64,000 nt of DNA from contig OZ257156.1 of assembly GCA_965279375.1 (NCBI GenBank), forward strand, positions 1,920,001 through 1,984,000, read 5' to 3'. A program made the translations under genes and the position numbers. The notes under the pieces were generated by a model. It was not told where the DNA came from. It made no database searches and was given only the letters and a program-made list of their open reading frames with translations. Source of the DNA: Gemmatimonas sp. (GTDB lineage Bacteria > Gemmatimonadota > Gemmatimonadetes > Gemmatimonadales > Gemmatimonadaceae). Positions 1-7,831 of this stretch are shown in pieces (position 1 is the stretch's first letter; every line of letters starts with the position of its first letter).

Positions 1-308
1 TTCGTGAACTCGCGGCGCTCAAGCATCGGGAATACGCGCTGCGTGGCATTCCCATCGTCCTCGCTGGTGGCGATGCCGATTTCCCCAGCACATTGCCGTG
101 GCTGCGTCAGATTCCGGCCGACGATTCACCCGTGTCGCCGCGCATGCTGCGTGCCCTCGCGCACGGCTGGACCAACGAGGTGCGCCGTCGTCAGATCCGC
201 ATGTGGGCGGAGTCGCATCTGTCGTGGAACGTCAAGGCGCCGCAACTCGTGGAATTCCTGCAGCGATGCGCCAGCCAGTCGAACGCGCGCACGGGAGCGG
301 CCGCGTAA
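1..308 (+). CDS. Glycosyltransferase (GT4/GT-B-like), C-terminal fragment, 5' truncated by the window edge
   Basis: Frame 3 is open from base 3: RELAALKHREYALRGIPIVLAGGDADF...AESHLSWNVKAPQLVEFL*. The K-x-x-EY-x-x-x-G-x-P and SW segments resemble a GT4 C-terminus. Confidence 0.6.
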   Translation, partial: RELAALKHREYALRGIPIVLAGGDADFPSTLPWLRQIPADDSPVSPRMLRALAHGWTNEVRRRQIRMWAESHLSWNVKAPQLVEFLQRCASQSNARTGAAA

Positions 309-354
309 GCGGTGCCTGCGGCGCACAGTTAAACAGCGCGGAGGCCCGCGATGC

Positions 355-1806
355 CTACGGCGTGGTTGGTGCGGTGGAGTGCGTGGTGCTGGCGATGGAA
401 GCGGCGATCGCGTCACGGAGCTGACGGACAACATCGGGCCAGTCGCGCGGTCGGGCAGGTCTGAGCAGCCGCAGGGATGGGTACCACGGCGTGGTGTTCT
501 CGCGGAGCCCCCAACGCCAGTCAGGGACATGCTGCAGCATGACCCAGGTACGCACGCCAAGCGCACCGGCGAGATGCGCGATGCCGGTGTCGGTGGTGAC
601 GAGTCCATCGAGCTGCGTGAGAATCGCCGCTGTCTCCGCCCAACTGCCCAGAGCGGGGAGCTGGTGGAGCGCCGGCAGTGATGGCGCGCCGGCCTCACCC
701 TGCTGCAGGGCGATCCAGGTGACATCGGGAATGGCGAGCAGCTCTGGCAGCAGCGCAGGATCGAGATCGCGGGTGACACGCCCCGGAAACGCCGGGTTAC
801 CCGCCCACACGAGCCCAAGGCGCAGCGTGCCCGGTCGTGCCGGTGGAAGTGCGACCCTTCCGCTGGGCGCCGGTGCACGCAGGTACGGCACGCGCTCGCC
901 ACGCACATTGGTGTCGAGTCCCAATACGTGCGGCAACGACAGCAGCGGCACATGCCAGTCTGTCTCCGGAGCCTGACCACGAGCGACCACCTCGATGCCG
1001 TTCTGCGCGAGGAGTGAGACGGCGTCCGCGTGGCATTCAACGACGACGCGAGCGGGTAGTCTCAGGGCGAGGTCGGCGAGGAATCGCAAAAACTGGAACT
1101 GGTCGCCAACGCCTTGCTCCGCGGTGACGAGCACGGACGCACCCTTTATAGATGCCGTGCCGTCCCATCGCACGGCCGCGGTGTGGGGCGTTGGCAAGGG
1201 GCGCGCCTCGAACTGACGCCAGCCTTCGGCGCTGGATGCGCCAAGCAGCGTGGTGTACGCGCGCTGCACGCGGGTGGGTCCGTGATTTGGCCGCGCGCGG
1301 TCCGCCTGATCGAGCCAGCGCAGTGCCCCACGCAGATCGCCCAGGTCGTGGCGGATTTGCGCGGCGGTGAGAAGAAAGGCCGGGTGTGTGGGCGCGAGGG
1401 TAAGCGCGCGCTGGATGAGCGGCCACGCCTCGCCGGGCGCGCCCGTGGTGCGTTTGGCACCGGCCAGCGCACCCAGTGCCGCCGGATCGCGGGGCAACAC
1501 GCGGAGCACGCGCTCGAAGCAGACCACGGCTTCGGTCGGGGCACCGGCGTCCAGCAGCTCGGCGCCGAGCGCGTGGAGTTCGGTGACGTCGTCCGGGAGG
1601 GTGGCGAATGCGACGAGCAGCGTACGGCGCGCCGCGGCCATGTCGCCAGCGAGTCGATGCGCATTGGCGAGCAGCCGGGTGACGCCCGACTGCTCGGGCG
1701 CGGCGGCGTGAGCACGGCGGAAGCAGGCGATCGCTGCGGCGAAATCACCGCGTTCGATGGCGTCCTGACCGGCGACCAGGTCGGCAACGACGGCGTCAGT
1801 CAGCAC
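355..1806 (-). CDS. TPR-repeat glycosyltransferase (GT9-like C-terminal domain)
   Basis: N-terminal TPR-like helices, then EQGVGDQFQFLRF, GLVWAGNP, DTGIAHLAGALG and PDWRW...TPWYPSLRL motifs. Divergent from the flagellin gene. Confidence 0.85.
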   Translation of the reverse strand: MLTDAVVADLVAGQDAIERGDFAAAIACFRRAHAAAPEQSGVTRLLANAHRLAGDMAAARRTLLVAFATLPDDVTELHALGAELLDAGAPTEAVVCFERVLRVLPRDPAALGALAGAKRTTGAPGEAWPLIQRALTLAPTHPAFLLTAAQIRHDLGDLRGALRWLDQADRARPNHGPTRVQRAYTTLLGASSAEGWRQFEARPLPTPHTAAVRWDGTASIKGASVLVTAEQGVGDQFQFLRFLADLALRLPARVVVECHADAVSLLAQNGIEVVARGQAPETDWHVPLLSLPHVLGLDTNVRGERVPYLRAPAPSGRVALPPARPGTLRLGLVWAGNPAFPGRVTRDLDPALLPELLAIPDVTWIALQQGEAGAPSLPALHQLPALGSWAETAAILTQLDGLVTTDTGIAHLAGALGVRTWVMLQHVPDWRWGLRENTTPWYPSLRLLRPARPRDWPDVVRQLRDAIAASIASTTHSTAPTTP

Positions 1807-1908
1807 GCCGATGCGGGGAAAAATCGTGCGTTTTGCGAGGGAACGACAGCGCTGGTAACGGCCGGTGCCAGCGGTGTGAGAGCGCGAAAAAAGTTCAAGA
1901 AAAAACGC

Positions 1909-1935
1909 TCAAGTTCTGTTTGGCTGAGACGAGAC
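1909..1935 (+). promoter_or_regulatory. Candidate sigma28 (FliA) promoter of flagellin
   Basis: TCAA-N15-GACGAGAC, preceded by A-tracts (about 1887-1905). Degenerate -10 compared with GCCGATAA. Confidence 0.4.
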
Positions 1936-1971
1936 TGTTGTCTGACCGCGACCCGGACCCCGGGGGCGGGC

Positions 1972-2006
1972 GAGGCACGGATGCCTCATCTCAACATCAT
2001 GGAGGA
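1972..2006 (+). promoter_or_regulatory. CsrA/RsmA-type binding sites in the flagellin leader
   Basis: Hairpin GAGGCA-CGGA-TGCCTC (1972-1987) with GGA in the loop, and a second ATGGA overlapping the SD sequence GGAGGA (2001-2006). Confidence 0.6.
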
Positions 2007-2015
2007 TTGTCCCAC

Positions 2016-2783
2016 ATGCGTATTAACACGAACGTCGGCGCGCTCACCGCTACCCGCAGCATCTTCGTCAACAACATGGCGACAGAGAACAGCATGCGGA
2101 AGTTGAGCTCGGGTCTCAAGATCAGCCGCGCGGCTGACGACGCGGCCGGCTTGTCCATCTCGAACAAGCTCCGCACGCAGAGCCGCTCGCTGACGCAGGC
2201 GGCCTCGAACGCCGAGCAGGGCAACGCGATGTTGCAGATCGCTGAAGGCGCGGCCTCCACGATCCAGCGCATCATCGAACGTCAGAAGGAACTGATCACG
2301 CAGCGCGAGTCGACGGGTAACAACAGCACGGTGACCCAGACGCTCGGTACGGAAGTCGCGACGCTCCAGACCGAATCGGCTCGTATCCTCGCCGACGCGG
2401 ACTTCCAGGGCGCCTCGGTGTTCGCCTCGCTCACGTTCCAGATCTCCGACTCCTCGACGAACGGCACGGTGACGGTCAACTCGTCGCTGACGCTCACGAC
2501 GCTGACGGCGACGTCCACGCTGGCCAACGCTGACACCGCGCTCGACACGGTCAACTCCGTGCTGGCGACGATCGGTGCCGGTCAGAACGTGCTCGACTAC
2601 ACGGTGCAGAACTTGAAGTCGTCGGTCGTCAACGTCCGCGCGGCTGAGTCCACGATCCGTGACGTCGACATGGCGGACGAAATGGCCAACTTCACGAAGA
2701 ACAACATCCTGAAGCAGGCGGCCGAAGCAATGCTGTCGCAGGCGAATCAGGGTAGCCAGAGCGTGTTGCAGCTCCTGCGCTAA
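2016..2783 (+). CDS. fliC: Flagellin (255 aa, minimal)
   Basis: MRINTNVGAL...KLSSGLKISRAADDAAGL N-terminus and AAESTIRDVDMADEM...AMLSQANQGSQSVLQLLR C-terminus. SD GGAGGA upstream of ATG 2016. Confidence 0.97.
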   Translation: MRINTNVGALTATRSIFVNNMATENSMRKLSSGLKISRAADDAAGLSISNKLRTQSRSLTQAASNAEQGNAMLQIAEGAASTIQRIIERQKELITQRESTGNNSTVTQTLGTEVATLQTESARILADADFQGASVFASLTFQISDSSTNGTVTVNSSLTLTTLTATSTLANADTALDTVNSVLATIGAGQNVLDYTVQNLKSSVVNVRAAESTIRDVDMADEMANFTKNNILKQAAEAMLSQANQGSQSVLQLLR

Positions 2784-2808
2784 TCGTAAGCGGCTACGAG
2801 TACGCGTA

Positions 2809-2841
2809 GCCCCGGGGTCGGCATTTCGCCGGCTCCGGGGC
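2809..2841 (+). terminator. GC-rich hairpin after fliC (terminator or mRNA-stabilising stem)
   Basis: GCCCCGGGGTCGGC-ATTTC-GCCGGCTCCGGGGC with G-U pairs and no U-tract. Confidence 0.55.
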
Positions 2842-2872
2842 CGTGTCCTAGGCAGTAACGGAGGAACGGGTC

Positions 2873-4957
2873 ATGGCGACCACCAGCAGTACCGGCACCA
2901 GCACCAGCAACATCGGTGGCATCAGCAGCGGCATTCAATGGAACGACCTCATCGACGCAACGATGGAGGCCGAGTCTTCGCGTTATGTGAAGCCGCTGAC
3001 CGACGAAATCACCAAGCGGGCCGCGCAAAAGGACGCGTGGAAGAAGCTCACGACGCTCGTGGAAACGCTGAGCGACACGGCGCGCGTTGTTCGTCGCGCC
3101 GGCTTGGGCGGCTACACTGCCACTGTCCCTCCGAGCCCGACGACGTCGCGCACTTTGTTCACGGCGCAGACCACGTTGGCAGCCTCGCCGGGACGCTATC
3201 GCGTCGAAGTGCTGCAGCTCGCGGACACCGCCAAGATTGGCGGCAAGTCCGTGTCCAATACGAACACCGCACTCGGACTCACCGGTGATCTGACGATCAA
3301 TGGTGCGTCCATTTCCGTGGCGGCGACCGACACGCTCAACGACGTACGGACCAAGATCAACAGCGCCAACACCGGCAGCACGCCGACCGGTGTGACCGCA
3401 ACCATCTTGACCGAAGGGACCACCGGCGGCCGACTCGTCCTCACGAAGGACTCGAGCGGTTCGTCCGGCATCAACATCGTGGATGGCACCGGCGGCATGG
3501 CGCGCGAACTGGGTTTCCAGGACTCGCGCTCCAAGCCCATCTCGTCCGCCGTGCAAGCCGCGGCGATGGCGATGGGACTTTCGGTCACGCCGCAACCTGC
3601 GACGATCCGCGTGGGATCGCAGGTGATCAGCGCAGACCTCTCCGTCGAATCCATCTCCGCGATCGCAGCAAAGATCAACGCTGCCGGCGGCTCGGCGTCC
3701 GTCGAGCCGGAAACGTACGGCAATCAGACGCGCTACCGCCTGGTGACAGACGGCAACGTATCTGCGGTCGTCGGCGATCCGAACAGTCAGGCCGTCATCA
3801 CCGCGCTCGGCTTCGCCGCCGGCAGCAGCGGTGACGTGCGACAGACCATCGCCTCGGGTGCGTTCACCGATAGCGCCGACGCGGTGGCCACGTCGAGCAC
3901 GCTGCTCGCCGGGATCAAGCTGGATGGTGCGTCCGCCAATCTGGCGGCGGGCGATGCCATCAACATCCGCGGCATGCGTGGCGACGGCACGGCGGTCACC
4001 ATCGGCCTGGTGATCGGCGCCGGCGATACGATGCAGACTCTCGTGGACAGGATCAACGATGCGACCAGCGGCTTCGGCTCTGGCGCACGTACCGCGTCGG
4101 CGTCGCTGGGTGCGGACGGCGTGATTCGCATGGTGGACGGCGCGGGTGGCGCATCGCGGCTGTCGCTCTCGATGAGCACGACGCGCTCCGACGGCACCAC
4201 GGGTTCGCTCGGCGCCTCGTCGGTCACGACGGTCGGGCGTTCGCGTGAGTTGCAGCAGGGACGCGATGCGATCGTCCGCGTGGACGGCAATCAGTACACG
4301 CGCAGCACCAACAACATCAGCGATGCCATCACCGGCGTGAACCTGACGTTGAGTGCAGCGGAGGCGGGCACCACGATTGATCTCACGGTCGATCGCGATG
4401 CGCAGGCGTCGGTCGATGCGGTGTCGAAGTTCAAGGACGCGTACAACGCCATTCGCACGTTCTTTGACGAACAGCGTGTGGTCAGCGCACCGCTGTATGC
4501 GAACACCGCGTTGCGCAGCGTCACGATGAATTTCAACACCGCGCTTCGGACCAACGTCGCCACCAACACGACATACTCGTCGCTGGCGGTGACGGGCCTG
4601 GCGCTCGATCGCAATGGCTACCTGCAGCTCGATCAGACCACGTTCAAGACCGCGTTGAGCAGCAAGCCGTCGGAAGTCGAGTCGCTCTTCGGCTTCACCG
4701 GCGTCGGCGGCGCGTTCGTCGCCGCGACGGACGATGTCACGCGGTTCGGCGTCGGCGCGATCAGCGCGCAGACGCAGTCCATCGACGAGGCGACGACGCG
4801 GCTCAAGCGGCGTGAGCTCGATGCGCAGAAGCGCATCGACTATCGCCGCGAGCAGTTGGTGCTGCGCTACACGGCGATGGAAACGGCGCTGGCGCGATTG
4901 CAGCAGCAGGGTTCGACGCTCACCAGTTCGGTCAAGGCTCTTAACGGATCGGCGTGA
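2873..4957 (+). CDS. fliD: Flagellar filament cap protein FliD
   Basis: GISSGIQWNDLIDATM N-terminus, GRDAIVRVDG...RSTNNISDAITGVNLTL, and a C-terminal RYTAMETALARLQQQ. Follows flagellin, with SD GGAGG. Confidence 0.95.
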   Translation: MATTSSTGTSTSNIGGISSGIQWNDLIDATMEAESSRYVKPLTDEITKRAAQKDAWKKLTTLVETLSDTARVVRRAGLGGYTATVPPSPTTSRTLFTAQTTLAASPGRYRVEVLQLADTAKIGGKSVSNTNTALGLTGDLTINGASISVAATDTLNDVRTKINSANTGSTPTGVTATILTEGTTGGRLVLTKDSSGSSGINIVDGTGGMARELGFQDSRSKPISSAVQAAAMAMGLSVTPQPATIRVGSQVISADLSVESISAIAAKINAAGGSASVEPETYGNQTRYRLVTDGNVSAVVGDPNSQAVITALGFAAGSSGDVRQTIASGAFTDSADAVATSSTLLAGIKLDGASANLAAGDAINIRGMRGDGTAVTIGLVIGAGDTMQTLVDRINDATSGFGSGARTASASLGADGVIRMVDGAGGASRLSLSMSTTRSDGTTGSLGASSVTTVGRSRELQQGRDAIVRVDGNQYTRSTNNISDAITGVNLTLSAAEAGTTIDLTVDRDAQASVDAVSKFKDAYNAIRTFFDEQRVVSAPLYANTALRSVTMNFNTALRTNVATNTTYSSLAVTGLALDRNGYLQLDQTTFKTALSSKPSEVESLFGFTGVGGAFVAATDDVTRFGVGAISAQTQSIDEATTRLKRRELDAQKRIDYRREQLVLRYTAMETALARLQQQGSTLTSSVKALNGSA

Positions 4958-4969
4958 TCGTGCCGATAC
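4942..4969 (+). promoter_or_regulatory. sigma28-type promoter upstream of fliS
   Basis: TAAC-N16-GCCGATAC overlapping the fliD stop codon. Confidence 0.65.
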
Positions 4970-5019
4970 TCTCAGTCAGCAACGCAACTCCTTCCGACAA
5001 GACCCCAGCCAACGCCCCG

Positions 5020-5415
5020 ATGTCCTACCCAAGTCAGACCTCGAGCTACCGGGAGATGGAAATCCTCTCCTCGTCGCGCGAGCGGCTCGTCGTCTTCGTG
5101 TTCGAACAGCTGGTCATCAATCTCGAGCGTGCGCGCATTGCCATGGAGCGCAACGACATCGCCATGCGCGTCACGGCGCTGCGCCGCGCGCGCGGTCTGG
5201 TGGGCGAGCTGCTGGCCACGCTCGATTTCGAGGCGGGCGGTGCGCTCGCGAACCAGCTGGCCGACCTGTACCAGTTCATGCTGGTGGAGTTGGTCGATGT
5301 GGGTCAGCGCGGCGACTTGCGCGTGATTCGGAAGCTCGTCTCCATCGCGACGCATCTGCGCGACGGCTTCGCCGGTGCAGCCGAGCAGTCGCTGCAACTG
5401 CAGAAGTCAGCCTGA
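5020..5415 (+). CDS. fliS: Flagellin export chaperone FliS
   Basis: YREMEILSSSRERLVVFVF...ELLATLDFEAGGALANQLADLYQFM motif. ATG 5020 chosen because it lies downstream of the sigma28-like promoter. Confidence 0.93.
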   Translation: MSYPSQTSSYREMEILSSSRERLVVFVFEQLVINLERARIAMERNDIAMRVTALRRARGLVGELLATLDFEAGGALANQLADLYQFMLVELVDVGQRGDLRVIRKLVSIATHLRDGFAGAAEQSLQLQKSA

Positions 5416-5418
5416 GTC

Positions 5419-5892
5419 ATGAACGTACTCTCGTCGTTCCGTCTGCCGGGTTTCGGTCGTAACGCCTCTCCTGCGCGTGCACAGGCGGCGCGTGAAGCGT
5501 TGGCGTTGTGTGCGTCGGCGGATGCCGCTGCGCGCGAGGCCACGGAGTCGGTTGGGGTGGATGACGATCGGTTGTTCAGCCTCCTGGAGCAGCGTGAGCA
5601 GATGTTGGCGGATCTCGCCGAGCATGTGGTGGCGCTCCGACTGGAGCGTCCGACGGCTGACAGCCCGCTCTTTGCTGCCACCGAGAAGGTGGTGGACGAC
5701 GCCGATGCACTGATCACCGAAGTATGCGACGCGCTCACCAGCTCCCATCGCACGACGATGGCGTTGGCGGCGCGGGTAGCGGAACGGACGCAGATGCTCC
5801 GCGACGAGTTGGCCGCGGTGCAGCGTGCGGGGAGCGCCGGCGTAGGCTATGGCCTGCACCAGACGCCCCACCAGATCGATCGCTTTCGCTAG
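5419..5892 (+). CDS. Helical flagellar protein, probably a FliT/FlgN-like chaperone
   Basis: Occupies the fliT position after fliS. LLEQREQML helix and a C-terminal YG...IDRFR tail. Confidence 0.55.
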   Translation: MNVLSSFRLPGFGRNASPARAQAAREALALCASADAAAREATESVGVDDDRLFSLLEQREQMLADLAEHVVALRLERPTADSPLFAATEKVVDDADALITEVCDALTSSHRTTMALAARVAERTQMLRDELAAVQRAGSAGVGYGLHQTPHQIDRFR

Positions 5893-5902
5893 GGACGTCA
5901 CG

Positions 5903-6151
5903 ATGACCCTGCGACCGTCCGACACCTTCGGAGCGTTGCTCAGCGAGAAGCTCGCCGAGCTGGACGCCGCCGATGGGATGGCGTTGGAGCTGGTGCAGGA
6001 GACCGCGGTGGATCGGCTTCGGCTCGATGCGCAGCGGTCGGTGATGGCGATCGAGGGAGGACCGCTGCCCCGACAAGGGCATCGGGCCTATTGGACCCCG
6101 GCGGAAACGTCGGTGGAACCGGGACAACGGCACCTGAACATCCTGTCATAA
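5903..6151 (+). CDS. Small hypothetical protein (82 aa) in the flagellar operon
   Basis: ATG 10 nt after the previous stop, with a GGGA SD-like sequence. Fills the gap before the flgM promoter. Confidence 0.6.
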   Translation: MTLRPSDTFGALLSEKLAELDAADGMALELVQETAVDRLRLDAQRSVMAIEGGPLPRQGHRAYWTPAETSVEPGQRHLNILS

Positions 6152-6182
6152 TCGGCAGGCGCGTTCGTTTTCCAGAGATTGC

Positions 6183-6210
6183 TCAAGTCGAAGGCTCTGG
6201 GTGCCGATAG
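6183..6210 (+). promoter_or_regulatory. sigma28-type promoter of flgM-cheY-cheZ
   Basis: TCAA-N16-GCCGATAG, ending 22 nt before ATG 6233. Confidence 0.8.
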
Positions 6211-6232
6211 TTCCATCAAGAGGAGGAGTCTC

Positions 6233-6541
6233 ATGCGCATCAACGGCAGCATTTTCGATCCACTGCGTCCCAAGAGCGTGACCCCGGCGGCCAACCCCGC
6301 CGTCACGCGCCCCACGGACCCGGCAGTACAGAACAGCGGCTCTCAGCCGACACGATCCGATTCCGTCCAGATCTCGGATGCGGGTCGGTCGATGGCAGGT
6401 CGGATCGAGCAGGACGCAAAGAGCACATTCGACCCCGAGCGGGTCGCGGAACTGCGGACGAAGGTCCTGACGGGAGCGTACAACACGCTCGACGTCGTGG
6501 ATCAGGTCGCGCGCCGCATCATCTCGCGCGGCGATCTCTGA
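6233..6541 (+). CDS. flgM: Anti-sigma28 factor FlgM
   Basis: DSVQISDAGR and ERVAELRTKVLTGAY...VARRI motifs. Strong SD AGGAGG. Confidence 0.88.
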   Translation: MRINGSIFDPLRPKSVTPAANPAVTRPTDPAVQNSGSQPTRSDSVQISDAGRSMAGRIEQDAKSTFDPERVAELRTKVLTGAYNTLDVVDQVARRIISRGDL

Positions 6542-6598
6542 TCACTCAGAGCACGTAGCGCACTACCGATCGACCGGCAGAATCAGGAGACAGGTGTC

Positions 6599-6970
6599 AT
6601 GAAGTTTCTCGTGGTGGACGATTCCGCGACCATGCGGCGTATCGTGATCAATTCGCTTCAGCGGATCGGCTTCAGCGACACTGTCGAGGCCGGCGACGGT
6701 CAGGAAGCGCTGGCCAAGTTTGACAGCTCGATCAAGTTCGTCATTACCGACTGGAACATGCCGAATATGAGCGGCACCGAATTCACGAAGGTGCTGCGCT
6801 CACGCGAAGACGGTCGACACGTGCCGGTGCTGATGGTGACGGCCCGCTCGGTCAAGGAAGACATCCTCACCGCCATGGAGGCGGGCGTGAACAACTACAT
6901 CGTGAAGCCGTTCACCCCGGCCGTGCTCAAGGAGAAGATCGATGCACTTCTCCCGGCCGCAGCGGCGTGA
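6599..6970 (+). CDS. cheY: Chemotaxis response regulator CheY
   Basis: Single receiver domain: VVDDSATMRRI, TDWNMPNMSG, MVTA, YIVKPFT. Confidence 0.92.
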   Translation: MKFLVVDDSATMRRIVINSLQRIGFSDTVEAGDGQEALAKFDSSIKFVITDWNMPNMSGTEFTKVLRSREDGRHVPVLMVTARSVKEDILTAMEAGVNNYIVKPFTPAVLKEKIDALLPAAAA

Positions 6971-6981
6971 GGACGCAGAAA

Positions 6982-7656
6982 ATGACCAGTCCCCGAGCAC
7001 ACGAAGTGCTGTATGAATCCGAGGCCACGCTGCGGCTCGTGGATCACGAGTTGAGCGAGCTGCGGCATCAGCATACGCCGATTCGCCAGCCTGGCTTGGC
7101 CGATCTGCCGGGCATCCTCGAGCGCGCCAATTCGCAGATCCTGAACGTCCTCACGCGTCTTCGTGAGACGCGTCTTGCCCTGCAGTCGTCCGCGATCGAC
7201 AAGATCCAGGCGACGCACGACAAGATCAAGGAAGTGACCTCGGCTACCGAGGACGCCGCGATCAACATCATGGACGCGTGCGATCGCGCGTCGCAGATGG
7301 TGGATGAACTCGACGCGATCGATGCCGCATCCGAGCCGGACAAGGCGAAGGCGGGCGAGATTCGTGGCACGCTGCGCGACGAAATCTTCCTGATGATGGG
7401 CGCGTTGCAGTTCCAGGACATCACGACGCAGCAGCTGAATCACGCCTCCGCGGTGCTGGTCGAAATGGAGCAGCGACTCGCCGATGTCGCCGCGCTGTTC
7501 GATTCGAACATCGATGCGGGAACCATCGACGGCCGCTCACATGGAGTGGCTCCGGACCGGCTGACGTACGATCCGAACGCGACGGTGCAGAACGCCGAAG
7601 GGCGTCAGGCACTGGCCGACGAGATTTTCACGCCGATCAAAGCGCCTGCCGCGTAA
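6982..7656 (+). CDS. cheZ: CheZ-like phosphatase
   Basis: Directly after cheY. ATEDAAINIMD helix, catalytic D-x-x-x-Q in LQFQDITTQQL, and a C-terminal QALADEIF CheY-binding-like helix. Confidence 0.78.
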   Translation: MTSPRAHEVLYESEATLRLVDHELSELRHQHTPIRQPGLADLPGILERANSQILNVLTRLRETRLALQSSAIDKIQATHDKIKEVTSATEDAAINIMDACDRASQMVDELDAIDAASEPDKAKAGEIRGTLRDEIFLMMGALQFQDITTQQLNHASAVLVEMEQRLADVAALFDSNIDAGTIDGRSHGVAPDRLTYDPNATVQNAEGRQALADEIFTPIKAPAA

Positions 7657-7681
7657 GCTCCCCCCCGGGCGAACGCGGTAA

Positions 7682-7715
7682 CGAACGGCTCGTGCCATAC
7701 GGCGCGAGCCGTTCG
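7682..7715 (+). terminator. Hairpin terminator after cheZ
   Basis: CGAACGGCTCGTGCC-ATAC-GGCGCGAGCCGTTCG followed by CCGTTTCT. Confidence 0.65.
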
Positions 7716-7735
7716 CCGTTTCTGCAACTCCGTAG

Positions 7736-7763
7736 TAAACCTCGCGTCATCTGCGACCGATAC
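7736..7763 (+). promoter_or_regulatory. sigma28-type promoter of the cheA operon
   Basis: TAAA-N16-ACCGATAC, about 70 nt upstream of cheA. Confidence 0.72.
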
Positions 7764-7831
7764 TCTGCCATACGCAGCGCTCCGACGACGGGTGCGCCCT
7801 CAGAATTTCTCCATCCGCCCCGCGCCTCACC

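Noticed and set aside
1833..2015. 61-aa N-terminal extension of flagellin in the ORF track
   Set aside because: It spans the promoter and leader. The canonical MRINTN start with an SD is at 2016.
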